62,798 nucleotides of DNA. It comes from a virus. Lineage: Duplodnaviria; Caudoviricetes. The notes under the pieces are model-generated. The model searched no databases. It saw only the letters and a list, made by a program, of their open reading frames with translations, and had not been told where the DNA came from. The stretch is from positions 1 to 62,798 of the IMG/VR virus record IMGVR_UViG_3300050498_000431, one strand, 5' to 3'. Positions within the stretch are counted from its first letter, which is position 1; each line of letters opens with the position of its first letter. Made by a program: the position numbers and the translations under genes. Below are positions 53,642-62,798 of this stretch, one piece after another.

Positions 53642-54463
53642 ATGGCTATACCTAGCATACTGGTCTGTGAATACTGTAACAAGAGTTATCTACCTAAAAT
53701 CAAACGCTATCCGCCAGGACGCTTTTGTTCTTATTCCTGTGCACGCCGCGCGACGGTTGCAAAGACAAAACCTGCATCAAGTATTGATGACATCGGGCAT
53801 CTTGTCTTCCGAGTCTGTCAACGGTGTCAACTGACAAAGCCGTTGTTATCCATCTACTTTACGCCCCATGGGAACCCAAGATACGGATGGTGCCATACTT
53901 GTAAAATGTGTCGCTCAATACGCAAATCTCTCTATGATAAGGCCCATCGTGCCGAAAATAACCGGACAAAACAAACCTGGCGCAAAGCCAACCCCGACAA
54001 ACGCCAAGCCGAGAGCCTGCGCTATCGGGTAAAACATCGGGAAAAATTACGCGCTGCTGCACGGCTCTATGCAACAATCTATGCCTCAGAAATCCGTTTG
54101 CGCCGCATGTTAGTCCCCCTTGCCCGGCGTCAAGCCTATTGTCGCCAATGGGCACTAGCCAATCCAGAACGACGCACAGAGCTAAGTGCCCGCCGCCGTG
54201 CCCGTCTCGCGCAAGCTCCTCGCATTGAAAAGATTGATCGAGAGGCGATCTATCTGCGCGATCGCTGGATCTGCCAACTCTGTCATGCGCGCGTCAATCC
54301 AGCCATCAAATATCCTCATCCAGATAGCCCGACCCTTGATCATGTTATTCCCTTGTCACAAGGCGGCCATCATACGCACCAGAATCTTGTCTTAACCCAC
54401 AGTCGCTGTAACATCGGAAAGCGCGACCGTCCGCGCACCCAACAACTACGATTATTCGGGTAG
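53642..54463 (+). CDS. HNH homing endonuclease
   Basis: CEYC...FCS-x2-C, CQRC...CKMC, RD-x-WICQLC...TLDHVIPLS-x-GG-x-H-x3-NL...H-x2-CN; antisense to the late operon. Confidence 0.9.
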   Translation: MAIPSILVCEYCNKSYLPKIKRYPPGRFCSYSCARRATVAKTKPASSIDDIGHLVFRVCQRCQLTKPLLSIYFTPHGNPRYGWCHTCKMCRSIRKSLYDKAHRAENNRTKQTWRKANPDKRQAESLRYRVKHREKLRAAARLYATIYASEIRLRRMLVPLARRQAYCRQWALANPERRTELSARRRARLAQAPRIEKIDREAIYLRDRWICQLCHARVNPAIKYPHPDSPTLDHVIPLSQGGHHTHQNLVLTHSRCNIGKRDRPRTQQLRLFG

Positions 54464-54480
54464 ATACAGGAAATAATGCG

Positions 54481-56025
54481 CTAGGCTACACTACGTGCCG
54501 CGCCATTCGTCGCCCGAGGGGGAGGGCTTGGTGGCAGCGTCACGAGTGGGCGCTGCGATTGCTCGTCTTCAATCAATGCCTGCTCTTCCTCCACGGGCAC
54601 TAAGGGTCTCGCAATCTCTCCCTTTTGGAGGTTATGATAAAATGTCTCATAACTAATAGTTCCGCTAAGAAGAGCAGCCATCAGTGCCGTCAACATCTGA
54701 GGTTGCATCGTATTCGAAACTAAATCTTTATTGAGGCTGACATGCACCGTTGGGTCATCAATGTTATCTGAAAACGCAGCCCACCACGCGTGGGTTTGAA
54801 GTGCCCACGTCAGCCCCTGGCTGACGCTGCTGACCAAGGACTGCACGGGGCTATCGCTCCCGGCCATGCGCCACTGCACGCCCGTCGCGGTTTCCTGCGT
54901 CTCCGGCGGGCCTTCGAGGAGCCGGGCGCCCATCGCGGCCATCATCTGCAAGTCGGCCTTGAGCGCATTCTCGTGCGGCTGGAGGCCCTGACCGTGAAAC
55001 TCGACGATCCCCACCTTGGCCTGATTATCGGGCAGGAACAATGCCGAGCTGGCGCCCACGTAGAGCTCCGGGGGCGCCTCCATATTGGCGGCAATGTAGA
55101 ACTGCGGCATGGCCGTGAGATGCAGGGCGTGCTCATAGTCCGCGTTGTGGCGCCAGTTCAGGAAATTCCGCTGCACGAGACCTTCGAGGAGGGACTTCTC
55201 AGGGGTCGGCTCCAGGCTAAACGGCGCCATGAAGCAGAACGGCAGGAAGTCGAGCGGTTGCCCCTGGCGCGTGGGCATCCAGACCCGCTGCAACGTCGCC
55301 GCCTGCGCGTTGGTACGCTGGCCGACCGGGTCTTCGAGCCACAGACTGACCTCGTAGAGGCCCACCTCATTCAAGCGCAGCACGCGGTATTGAACCTGAT
55401 CTTTGACCACAAAGAAATCCGGCGTCCCCCACGGACCTTGCGGGACCTGGACACATTCCTTGAGCACCACCAGCGACAGGATGGTATCGCCGCCCCGCTG
55501 CATGGTGCGCCAGTTGATGATCTCTTCGGCCTGGTACGCCACCCAGTAGGGGCGACTCTGGGGCGGCGGGGGCAGCAGCTGGCCGTCGGGCGTCACGTCA
55601 CCGGCCGGAAAGTCTACCAGAATGCCAAAGCGCCCCATGAGTAAGGTTTCTCGTACCGCCTCTTCACAGAACATACGCAGCGAAATCCCCGTCTGCGTGA
55701 TATCGGCCAGTTGCGGCTCCAAGGCGGCAGGACCCACGAGTTGCGGCTCATGCCGAAACACCGAGCCCGTAATGCCATGCACGGCATGTTCGGTGGCTGC
55801 GGTCCAGCAGGCTCTATCCCTGTACGATATGTAAGCCTCATCGCGGCGCATGCCCGCTGGCCTGGGGAGGTGACGAGTGCCATCAAGGACACTGCGCCCG
55901 GCCCGCTGGGAGAGCCCCCACGGGCGGGCAGACTTCACCGCGGCCTCCCCAAGGTATGCCGCACGAAGGTCCTGATAGAGGGGCAACATGGCGGCATACG
56001 CGGGGTGTGACAGGGTGACGGACAT
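54481..56025 (-). CDS. portal protein (DUF4055 / SPP1 gp6-like)
   Basis: Follows the terminase with a TGATG overlap; Y-x2-Y-x2-RA, G-x-FGILVD, I-x-NW, MGARLL...ETAT and G-x-IS-x-ET motifs. Confidence 0.88.
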   Translation of the reverse strand: MSVTLSHPAYAAMLPLYQDLRAAYLGEAAVKSARPWGLSQRAGRSVLDGTRHLPRPAGMRRDEAYISYRDRACWTAATEHAVHGITGSVFRHEPQLVGPAALEPQLADITQTGISLRMFCEEAVRETLLMGRFGILVDFPAGDVTPDGQLLPPPPQSRPYWVAYQAEEIINWRTMQRGGDTILSLVVLKECVQVPQGPWGTPDFFVVKDQVQYRVLRLNEVGLYEVSLWLEDPVGQRTNAQAATLQRVWMPTRQGQPLDFLPFCFMAPFSLEPTPEKSLLEGLVQRNFLNWRHNADYEHALHLTAMPQFYIAANMEAPPELYVGASSALFLPDNQAKVGIVEFHGQGLQPHENALKADLQMMAAMGARLLEGPPETQETATGVQWRMAGSDSPVQSLVSSVSQGLTWALQTHAWWAAFSDNIDDPTVHVSLNKDLVSNTMQPQMLTALMAALLSGTISYETFYHNLQKGEIARPLVPVEEEQALIEDEQSQRPLVTLPPSPPPRATNGAARSVA

Positions 56026-57482
56026 CAGATATGCATCTCCATCGTAAAGCTTTTGGGCTTCGTCGCCGCAAAGGTACATCCTAACGCGTCGGCAAGATCA
56101 CACGAATGCCCAAGACGCTTGCGGATATGGTCTTTATCTTCCACGACCAATTGTCCCTGGCTATCGAACCCATAGCCCACACTCGCCAACTCACCCGCGA
56201 GGTCCTCGCACGCGGTCGCATCCGGTGCACAAAACACTGGCTGAGCCGTGCGTAGCCACTCCGCCACTTCCAGCCAGAGATAATCGCGGAGAAGCCGCGG
56301 CTTCGCCTCCGCAGGATGCCGTACGAGGGGGGCCTTCTCCGCCACATTCACCGCCGTAATGCCGACACGGATCACGCCCTGACGTTTTAACTCTGCGAGA
56401 CGATCATAGACCCCTGCACCCAACCCAATGACATCAATCGCCACTTCCTCCACCTGCCAAGGCTCCAAGACCGCGAGAATACAACCCACAGTCGCCATGG
56501 TATCCTGACGTGCATAGACCTTGATCTGGTCAATGAGGCTCCCATGCCGCAAGACAAGTGCTGTGCGATCTGAGCCCAGGCGCGCCACATCCACGCCCAA
56601 CCGCCGCACCCCACCAGGCTCGCGTCGTTCACGAGTCAGGCACGGCTCGGTCAACTCCAGGGAAATAAGGACGTCATCGGCCTGGCGCGGAAATTCGCCA
56701 TCAGCCCGCACGCGGACGACGTTCGAGCCTTCGCCCCACTTCGCCACGAGGCGCGGGCGGTAGGCGGCATCCACGAGCGGCGAATCCTGCGAGCGAAAGT
56801 GGAGCGTGGTATAGCTGCCCCGGTCCTTATGATGGGAGGCGTAGAAGGTGCCATTGGTGCGGGTCGGGTTGCCCAGCATGAGGACGCGGGCCTCGGGCGT
56901 CGAGAGTGCCCCTTCCGCCGCCTCGAAGACTTCTTCGGGCATGCCACTCGCTTCATCGAGGACGAAGAGCAGATGCGTGGCATGAAAGCCCTGGAGGGCC
57001 TCGGGATTCTCCTTGCGGGCCGTCCGAGCAAAGGCGCCCCATTCTTTGGCACTGGGGTCCACCAAGCTATCCGTGAGGAGCTTAAACAAGCGCGAGATCC
57101 AGAAGCGCGGCGGGTCGCCCCGGGCCGCACTGAGGGCATCGGCATGCCGCCGCCACTTGCTGAGCTCGCCCCACAAGATGTCGCGGAGCTGGTGCGAGGA
57201 GGGCGCCGAACAGGGGACTTTGGCGTAGTCGTGGGTTTCGAGCATCCAACTCACCGCCCAGGCGGCGCTCGAACTTTTGCCGATCCCGTGGCCCGACCGC
57301 ACCGAGACTTTCGCACCGGGGGGGAGGATGGCGTCGAGAATCTGCGACTGCTGCGGTGTAGGCTCCATCCCAAAGCGTTGCTGGACATAGAGGACGGGGT
57401 TATCGCGCCAGCGGTCGCGCAGTTCGAGATACTGCTCGAAGGCCGAGGTAGGCTCCGCGACGTCAGCGAGGAGTGTCGCCAT
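56025..57482 (-). CDS. terL: terminase large subunit
   Basis: Walker A VRSGHGIGKS, Walker B FVLDEASG, GNPT, nuclease motifs LGVDVAR and DLADAL. Confidence 0.95.
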   Translation of the reverse strand: MATLLADVAEPTSAFEQYLELRDRWRDNPVLYVQQRFGMEPTPQQSQILDAILPPGAKVSVRSGHGIGKSSSAAWAVSWMLETHDYAKVPCSAPSSHQLRDILWGELSKWRRHADALSAARGDPPRFWISRLFKLLTDSLVDPSAKEWGAFARTARKENPEALQGFHATHLLFVLDEASGMPEEVFEAAEGALSTPEARVLMLGNPTRTNGTFYASHHKDRGSYTTLHFRSQDSPLVDAAYRPRLVAKWGEGSNVVRVRADGEFPRQADDVLISLELTEPCLTRERREPGGVRRLGVDVARLGSDRTALVLRHGSLIDQIKVYARQDTMATVGCILAVLEPWQVEEVAIDVIGLGAGVYDRLAELKRQGVIRVGITAVNVAEKAPLVRHPAEAKPRLLRDYLWLEVAEWLRTAQPVFCAPDATACEDLAGELASVGYGFDSQGQLVVEDKDHIRKRLGHSCDLADALGCTFAATKPKSFTMEMHI

Positions 57483-57894
57483 GCGAGGCCTTTCGCGCTT
57501 GAGCCAGGAGGCTGGCCAGCCCGTCACTCAGTTCCACATCGAGACGTTGCTTCGCGGGAGCCAGCTCGGGATCGATGCGTTCGAGAACTTGGAGCGCCAG
57601 CATCCCATTGCCTTCTTTAATCGTGCCCAGGAGGGCCGCACGGGAGGCGTGGGTCAGATCGATCAGCCAGCGCTTACGAGCTTCTTCGAGCGCCCAGGCC
57701 CATTGGTCTTTGAGAGATTCCCATCCTGAAATGGTCCGCAAGGACCGCCCCACTGCGCGAGCTGCGTCAGCCTGCGTGGCCCCCATCATGCGGAGATAGG
57801 CGGCAAGAACACACTTTTCCCAATAGGGGGGGGCAGGAGGATGCGCACGCTGCCCATACGCAACTTTAGGAGGTGGCCGGTGGGCAAGCGCCAT
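57463..57894 (-). CDS. terS: terminase small subunit (putative)
   Basis: HTH motif (TQADAARAVGRSLRTISGW), LER motif, overlap with terL. Confidence 0.75.
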   Translation of the reverse strand: MALAHRPPPKVAYGQRAHPPAPPYWEKCVLAAYLRMMGATQADAARAVGRSLRTISGWESLKDQWAWALEEARKRWLIDLTHASRAALLGTIKEGNGMLALQVLERIDPELAPAKQRLDVELSDGLASLLAQARKASHGDTPR

Positions 57895-57898
57895 CGCA

Positions 57899-58237
57899 CT
57901 ACACCGGGGCCGGGACCGGCAGTGGGCTGGTGGGCGCCGGCGTGGCGTCCTGGGGCAGCACGGTCACCGCCAGCCAGGGTCCCACATCCTGCGTCGGCAC
58001 GGGCGTCTTCAGCGTGGCGCCGAGGCGGGCCTCAAAGGCATCACTGCTCATCGTGGCGGCATGCATGGTATCGCCCACAAAGCCGGGGGGCAACTCAAAG
58101 GTGAGTGGCACGGTACAGGCGGCACAGCGCACGCGCACGAGGACCTGATAGCGCTGGCCCTGGGGCACCGTGGCGGTGGGCCGGGCCTGGACCTGGGCTT
58201 CAATGTTGGTATGCGGACACGGGGCCTTGTCGGCCAT
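57899..58237 (-). CDS. hypothetical protein (C-x-H...CxxC)
   Basis: GAGGAGG RBS; first gene of the late operon. Confidence 0.55.
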   Translation of the reverse strand: MADKAPCPHTNIEAQVQARPTATVPQGQRYQVLVRVRCAACTVPLTFELPPGFVGDTMHAATMSSDAFEARLGATLKTPVPTQDVGPWLAVTVLPQDATPAPTSPLPVPAPV

Positions 58238-58442
58238 GGGCCGCCTCCTCGGGGTAGAGACGCACGAGGGTCAAGACTCTCCTCTCCACTCGAGGAGAGA
58301 GAGAGAGTAGAAGGAGCTGAGATGGGCGTGACCGACCTGCCCGGTCCCAGGGGGCCGTTGAAGCCCCGCGGCCACTGTGGCGCCCACACCGTATACAAGA
58401 CGCAATGTCAAAGCCGATTCCCAGAAGCGAATAGGCCCTACG

Positions 58443-58472
58443 AGTGTGCAAGAGACGGAGGGGGGATGTCAA
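58443..58472 (-). promoter_or_regulatory. possible late promoter
   Basis: TTGACA-18 nt-CACACT at the end of the repressor gene. Confidence 0.35.
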
Positions 58473-58726
58473 GCGAAAAAGGCGGGTGGCCGGATGGGAG
58501 TCGCAGCGGGCTCATGGTCCTCCTCATACACCCCGGCTAAGACATCGAGAGACACCCCAAGCGTGCGAGCGAGCTTGGCCGCAATGGCCGTACGCGTATC
58601 ATCATAAATACCACCCTCAAGGCGATAGATCGTCATATACGGCACACCCGACCGCTGCGCCAACTCTTTTTGGCTCCACCCCCGCGCAACCCGTACGCGA
58701 GCAAGTCGTTGTCCAAAGGTTTCCAT
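58469..58726 (-). CDS. XRE / Cro-CI family HTH regulator
   Basis: FGQRL-x3-R...WSQKELA-x2-SGV-x3-TI-x-RLE...LA-x2-LGVSLD-x-L. Confidence 0.9.
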   Translation of the reverse strand: METFGQRLARVRVARGWSQKELAQRSGVPYMTIYRLEGGIYDDTRTAIAAKLARTLGVSLDVLAGVYEEDHEPAATPIRPPAFFA

Positions 58727-58820
58727 GACTCTCCTCTCTAGGATTACTTCATAGTATATATATAGTAGATTATCGACAGAAATGATGCAAATTTTTTTTT
58801 CTAAAAAGTAAAAATACCCC

Positions 58821-58849
58821 TTGCCAAGATTGTTACTTTAAGGTAATAT
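58821..58849 (+). promoter_or_regulatory. sigma70-like early promoter
   Basis: TTGCCA-17 nt-TAATAT preceded by an A/T-rich UP-like tract. Confidence 0.6.
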
Positions 58850-59076
58850 TTACTCAGTTGGTTGGTTGACAATAGCAACGAAGCAAGGCGGGACTGGTAG
58901 CGCAGCCGGACAGCGCTCCACAGCACTCTGGGACGAGTGGCCCTGGCTAGGGGATCTAGCAGGCACCACGGGGGGAAGGAACCAACAACGGTGGAATGGG
59001 CCAACGGTGCGTTGTAAGCCGCACGACGCTGCACAGGGCAGCGGAACCCAGGACACACCGCACAAGGAGAGCGACG

Positions 59077-59364
59077 ATGGCACGGACAATCAATGCCCTA
59101 CTCACGAAAACCCACGCGGCCGACTGGAAGCCCTTTGTCGCCGAATATGTGCGCCTCATGACGGCCAAGAAGGCCAACGCCGCCCTGACCCAGGACTACC
59201 GGGTCGTCAAGCAAGGCGCCCAGTATGCAATCCTCTTCGGGACGCTGCGCCCGTATAGCCCGATGGATGCCGCGACGCTCTATGGCTGGATGCAGCGCTT
59301 ACCGCTCAAGTACTGGGCCGACGAAGCCGATACGCTGCGGTATGACCTCATGATGAGCCGCTAA
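59077..59364 (+). CDS. early hypothetical protein
   Basis: CACAAGGAG RBS. Confidence 0.65.
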   Translation: MARTINALLTKTHAADWKPFVAEYVRLMTAKKANAALTQDYRVVKQGAQYAILFGTLRPYSPMDAATLYGWMQRLPLKYWADEADTLRYDLMMSR

Positions 59365-59388
59365 CCTCTCCCACAAGGAGACACACCG

Positions 59389-59595
59389 ATGCCGACGAAG
59401 CAGACCCCCCAGACCCCCACCGCCCTCGCCGCCTACCTCGACGCCCAGCGCACCGCACACGCCCTGCTCACGCAGGTGGACGCCATGCTGGAGCACCACC
59501 AGGATACGAAGACCCCCGAAGAGATCCACTGGGGCCATGTGGGCGACATCAACGCCATCGTGCACCAATTGCAGCAGATGATGAGCAACGCCTAA
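59389..59595 (+). CDS. early hypothetical protein (HWGHVGD motif)
   Basis: CACAAGGAG RBS. Confidence 0.65.
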   Translation: MPTKQTPQTPTALAAYLDAQRTAHALLTQVDAMLEHHQDTKTPEEIHWGHVGDINAIVHQLQQMMSNA

Positions 59596-59750
59596 ACGCA
59601 GAGTGCGCCAGCACACGCTGGCGGAATGCGACCTCCCAGCGTGGGAGCCTGTCACAAGTCAGGATCGCAGAGGACCACCACCCCAGCGGTGCCCCGCTCC
59701 ACCACAGACCAGGGCACCGCTTCGGTATCATCCCTAGGAGAGTTGATACA

Positions 59751-60008
59751 ATGGCAACAGTACAAGCATCGACCCCGACCCGCAAGGCTTTTTATGCGCA
59801 CCTGTACGACGAGCCCGGCCTGTTATTCCAGCATGCCGATGGGCGCATCATGTTCCTCAACGAGCATAACGACCGCATTACCACGATTCTCCCCGACATG
59901 GTGAACTTCCTGACCGTGCTCGGCGAGACGGCGACGACCAACGAGCAGCGCCTGACTGACCTGGCCAACGGCGGCGCGGCGTTCATTGCGACGCACAGAG
60001 GCGCGTAA
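59751..60008 (+). CDS. early hypothetical protein
   Basis: AGGAG RBS. Confidence 0.6.
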   Translation: MATVQASTPTRKAFYAHLYDEPGLLFQHADGRIMFLNEHNDRITTILPDMVNFLTVLGETATTNEQRLTDLANGGAAFIATHRGA

Positions 60009-60055
60009 CACACACGGGGCCAGACGGCCCCTCACCCGCACCACAAGGAGTCTGT

Positions 60056-60439
60056 ATGTCCCGTACCACCACGATCCTGGCCATGGCCCTGAGTACCCTG
60101 CTCGTCACCTCGGCGGCCGTTGCCGGGCCGAAGAAAATGCCACCGACCGCGACAGACGCTCTGCCTGTGAACTTAGCACGGATGTGTCCCATGCTCGGGG
60201 AATATGCGGCAACCGTAGCCGTGTCCCGCGATGCGGGGGCCACGCTCAGTGGCAGCCTCAGCCTCATTCGGCAGGAAAAAGCCACGCATGGGATGGAGAG
60301 CAACTTGCAGGCGATCCTCCAGGAGATTGTCTACCAGGTCTACCGCTCTCCGTCCGTCACCCCACGCCAGCTCGCCCAGGTCGTCGAGCGCGCCTGTGTC
60401 GAGACCGGGTTGTTCCAGGACGCCCGCCTGCGCTACTGA
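60056..60439 (+). CDS. exported hypothetical protein
   Basis: CACAAGGAG RBS; signal peptide ending AVA; two Cys. Confidence 0.65.
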   Translation: MSRTTTILAMALSTLLVTSAAVAGPKKMPPTATDALPVNLARMCPMLGEYAATVAVSRDAGATLSGSLSLIRQEKATHGMESNLQAILQEIVYQVYRSPSVTPRQLAQVVERACVETGLFQDARLRY

Positions 60440-60477
60440 CGCGGACGGCCCACCCCACACCCCAAGGAGACCCCCGT

Positions 60478-60810
60478 ATGTTGCTCCTCAAGACGCGCTA
60501 TCGCCCCGACGCCCGGGGGCGCCTCGTGGAGGCCGAGGTCGTGACGCTGGGCGAGTCCCTCCTGGCGGCGATCCGCGAGGCCGCGGAGTTGGCACGCCGC
60601 CTCGAATGTGGCGTCGCCTTTGCCTTCAACGCGCACCCGGTCGAGGTGTGGCCGGGCGATGACCCGCTCGCCACCGCGCGGAAGTATTGGCACGCCTGGG
60701 GCTGGGCGATCCCCCCCGAGGAGGAGGCATGGCTGGTGCGGCAGGCGGACCAGGCCCGTAGGGCAGAGCCACGCGACGGCCCACGGCCCCCTGTCACGAG
60801 CGGTGGCTGA
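60478..60810 (+). CDS. hypothetical protein
   Basis: CCAAGGAG RBS before MLLLKTRY. Confidence 0.6.
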   Translation: MLLLKTRYRPDARGRLVEAEVVTLGESLLAAIREAAELARRLECGVAFAFNAHPVEVWPGDDPLATARKYWHAWGWAIPPEEEAWLVRQADQARRAEPRDGPRPPVTSGG

Positions 60811-60967
60811 CCCACCAGCACACGAACCGCCAGAGGCGGATCACCGCCTCATCCGGCAACCGCTGTACCAGGGCAAGCAGATGTGCCCGCGCCTGGGCTG
60901 GGGCCTGGTGCTCATGGGCAGTAACAATCGCAGCGATCGAGATATCCTGGCTGGCGCGTGTCGGCAT
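60794..60967 (-). CDS. small hypothetical protein
   Basis: GGAGGGG RBS before MPTRASQ. Confidence 0.45.
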   Translation of the reverse strand: MPTRASQDISIAAIVTAHEHQAPAQARAHLLALVQRLPDEAVIRLWRFVCWWVSHRS

Positions 60968-61140
60968 GTAGCGTACCCCCTCCAGGGCAGACTGGTGCCG
61001 CCCTTCCGCCACAGTGAAGTATGAACGCTCGATGCAGGCTGTGTAGTACCCCAGTGTAACGGAAATGTGGCGGCCTGCAAAGGAGGATTTGTTGTGTGAG
61101 TAAAGAGACTTCTCCAACAGGATCTTAGGAAAAGGGAGCG

Positions 61141-61548
61141 TTATGGCTGGGCGAGGGTATGCAGCGGACAGGACGGTGCTGGATGCTCATAGTCAAACAT
61201 ATCGAGCAGGGCGGCCCGCATGCCAGGAGGCCAGCGACGGAGGTGCTGGAGGATTTTCGCTTCGACCGAGTCCGACATGACGGGCGGCAGGGCGCGCGGG
61301 TCAGGCGGCCAGAGCGCGCCATAGGGCACCGCCACGAGCTGGGCGTAGCGCAGGACCGTGGGCAGACTCAGCCAGTAGTACGCCAGTTCAAAGCCGCGAA
61401 TACTATTGCGGTGGAGCCCCAGACGCCCCGCCACCTCCTGGCGCGACAGACCTCGCTGCTCGCGGGCTTCGCGCAAGACACGGGCGCAATAGCGCAACAC
61501 CTCCAAGTGTGTGGGGACGCGGCGCACCGGCGCCTCTAACGGTGACAT
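61141..61548 (-). CDS. XRE-family HTH regulator (CI-like)
   Basis: LREAREQRGLSRQEVA-x2-LGLHRNSI-x2-FE. Confidence 0.8.
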   Translation of the reverse strand: MSPLEAPVRRVPTHLEVLRYCARVLREAREQRGLSRQEVAGRLGLHRNSIRGFELAYYWLSLPTVLRYAQLVAVPYGALWPPDPRALPPVMSDSVEAKILQHLRRWPPGMRAALLDMFDYEHPAPSCPLHTLAQP

Positions 61549-61769
61549 AGAGTCCTGACGCCTTCTGTGGCGGGTCGTTCGGTCTGCCGTTTCCACCTGG
61601 CTGGACAGTCTACGCCTTTCTGCGTGAAAACACAAGCCCCCGGCGCTCGCGTGCCACGGCTGCACAGTCCCACTGGGCATCCCCCGCTTTTTGCCTTGTA
61701 TCACACGCCACAGAGGGGTAGCATTCCACAGCGATGGACCCCGGTCGTCCCCTAGTGAAGGAGTGCCCT

Positions 61770-62030
61770 GTGGATGTGCTGGTGACCTCTCATGTGCGGG
61801 AACGCCGCGAAGCCCGCCACCTCAGCCTGCGCGCCCTGGCGGAGGCCACCGACCTTAAAAAAAGCTATTTGAGCAACGCCGAAACGGGCCTGACGGATTT
61901 GCGCATCTCCCAGCTCCATCGCCTCGCCCTGGCGCTGGAGTGTCATCCCCTGGACCTGATCACCTTTCCCGGTGTGCCCTGGCCCTGTCCCTGTCCGCAG
62001 GGCGCCCCCAAAGGAGAGCACGGCTTGTAA
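61770..62030 (+). CDS. XRE-family HTH regulator (Cro-like)
   Basis: VRERRE-x3-LSLRALA...KSYLS-x2-ETG...LALALEC-x-P-x-DL; AAGGAG RBS, GTG start. Confidence 0.85.
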   Translation: MDVLVTSHVRERREARHLSLRALAEATDLKKSYLSNAETGLTDLRISQLHRLALALECHPLDLITFPGVPWPCPCPQGAPKGEHGL

Positions 62031-62132
62031 CCTCACGCGTGAAGGAGCCCCTGATGTCCCCACCATCGCTCATCATCCCCGACCCCTCCCCCGCGTCGCG
62101 CAGAGCCTGGCACGGCCACCCGGAGGCCGCGC

Positions 62133-62456
62133 ATGCCCCGTAGCGCAACCTATTGGCGCCGCAAAGCAGCCGGGCGCTGTCCCCTGTGCGGGCGTCCGCG
62201 CGATCGCAGGCCCCTGGTCGTCTGCGCCAGCTGTGCCGAGGCATGCAATGCCCGCAAACTCCAGTGGACGCGCCAGCATGCCGCCCGACTCCAGCAGGCA
62301 CGGGACGCCGCCCGGGACGCCCGCTGGACGGCCCCCGGCGTGAACCTCATAGGCTGCTGCGGGCAGTTTCATCAAGTAACACAACTCCCGCACCGGTTTG
62401 GGTGTTGCGGCAAAGTGTTAGGGGTCATCGAGGAGGGACGATGTTTGAAGACGTGA
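62133..62456 (+). CDS. Cys-rich zinc-finger-like hypothetical protein
   Basis: GRCPLCG...CASC...CCG...CCG; GGAGG RBS. Confidence 0.55.
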   Translation: MPRSATYWRRKAAGRCPLCGRPRDRRPLVVCASCAEACNARKLQWTRQHAARLQQARDAARDARWTAPGVNLIGCCGQFHQVTQLPHRFGCCGKVLGVIEEGRCLKT

Positions 62457-62798
62457 CGCTAGGGCAGGCGCGACTGATGTGTGGCAGTGCCGAAGACGTG
62501 CTCCCGACGCTAGAGGCCGCCAGCGTGCAGCTTATCCTGGTCGATCCGCCCTATTATAGGACCAAGCTCACCTATCAAGGGCAAAGCCTGGCCTGGGATC
62601 GGCAGTGGAAGGACCGTGCCGCGTATCTGGCCTGGCTGCATGCGCTGGCGCAGGAATGGCGGCGCATCCTGACGCCCAACGGGAGCCTGTACTGCTTCGC
62701 CAGTCCCGAGATGGCCGCGTACGTGGAGGTGGAACTCAGCAAGACCTTCGCCATCATTCAGCGGATCACCTGGCGCAAGCCGCCGTTTTCGACCAAGG
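62441..62798 (+). CDS. DNA N4-cytosine / N6-adenine methyltransferase (beta type), truncated by window end
   Basis: Hand translation MFEDVTLGQARLMCG...SVQLILVDPPYY...WD-x-QW...RIL-x-PNGSLY...ITW-x-K; GAGGAGG RBS. Confidence 0.88.
   Translation, partial: MFEDVTLGQARLMCGSAEDVLPTLEAASVQLILVDPPYYRTKLTYQGQSLAWDRQWKDRAAYLAWLHALAQEWRRILTPNGSLYCFASPEMAAYVEVELSKTFAIIQRITWRKPPFSTK

Overview
This window is most of the genome of a GC-rich, long-tailed (siphovirus-type) temperate phage or prophage. On the minus strand, running right to left, are: small and large terminase, portal, Mu gpF-like head protein, scaffold, major capsid, head-tail joining proteins, neck or head fibre genes, two tail-tube paralogues, G/GT tail chaperones with a -1 slippery site, a tape measure with a lytic transglycosylase domain, Dit/L/K/J-like tail tip proteins and a peptidase S74 tail fibre. 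The tail operon then continues into nine consecutive genes with signal peptides, including a 1569-aa triple beta-helix protein and a GH9 glycoside hydrolase. The right end holds HTH regulators, small early genes and a truncated DNA methyltransferase. About 12 kb of accessory DNA splits the head module. The most striking feature lies there: a lone RAMP/Cas7-like gene (42899-43612), a coupled partner gene, and a non-coding array of about 30 units in three segments (44235-46777). Each unit is a run of pentamers made of a near-constant GGC/GAC triplet plus a variable dinucleotide, closed by a 4-nt CGCA-type linker. I interpret this as a candidate phage-encoded, non-CRISPR RNA-guided system with a gapped (non-contiguous) guide code. 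I found no integrase, recognisable endolysin or replication module in the window. All family assignments come from motif recognition by eye, not from database searches.
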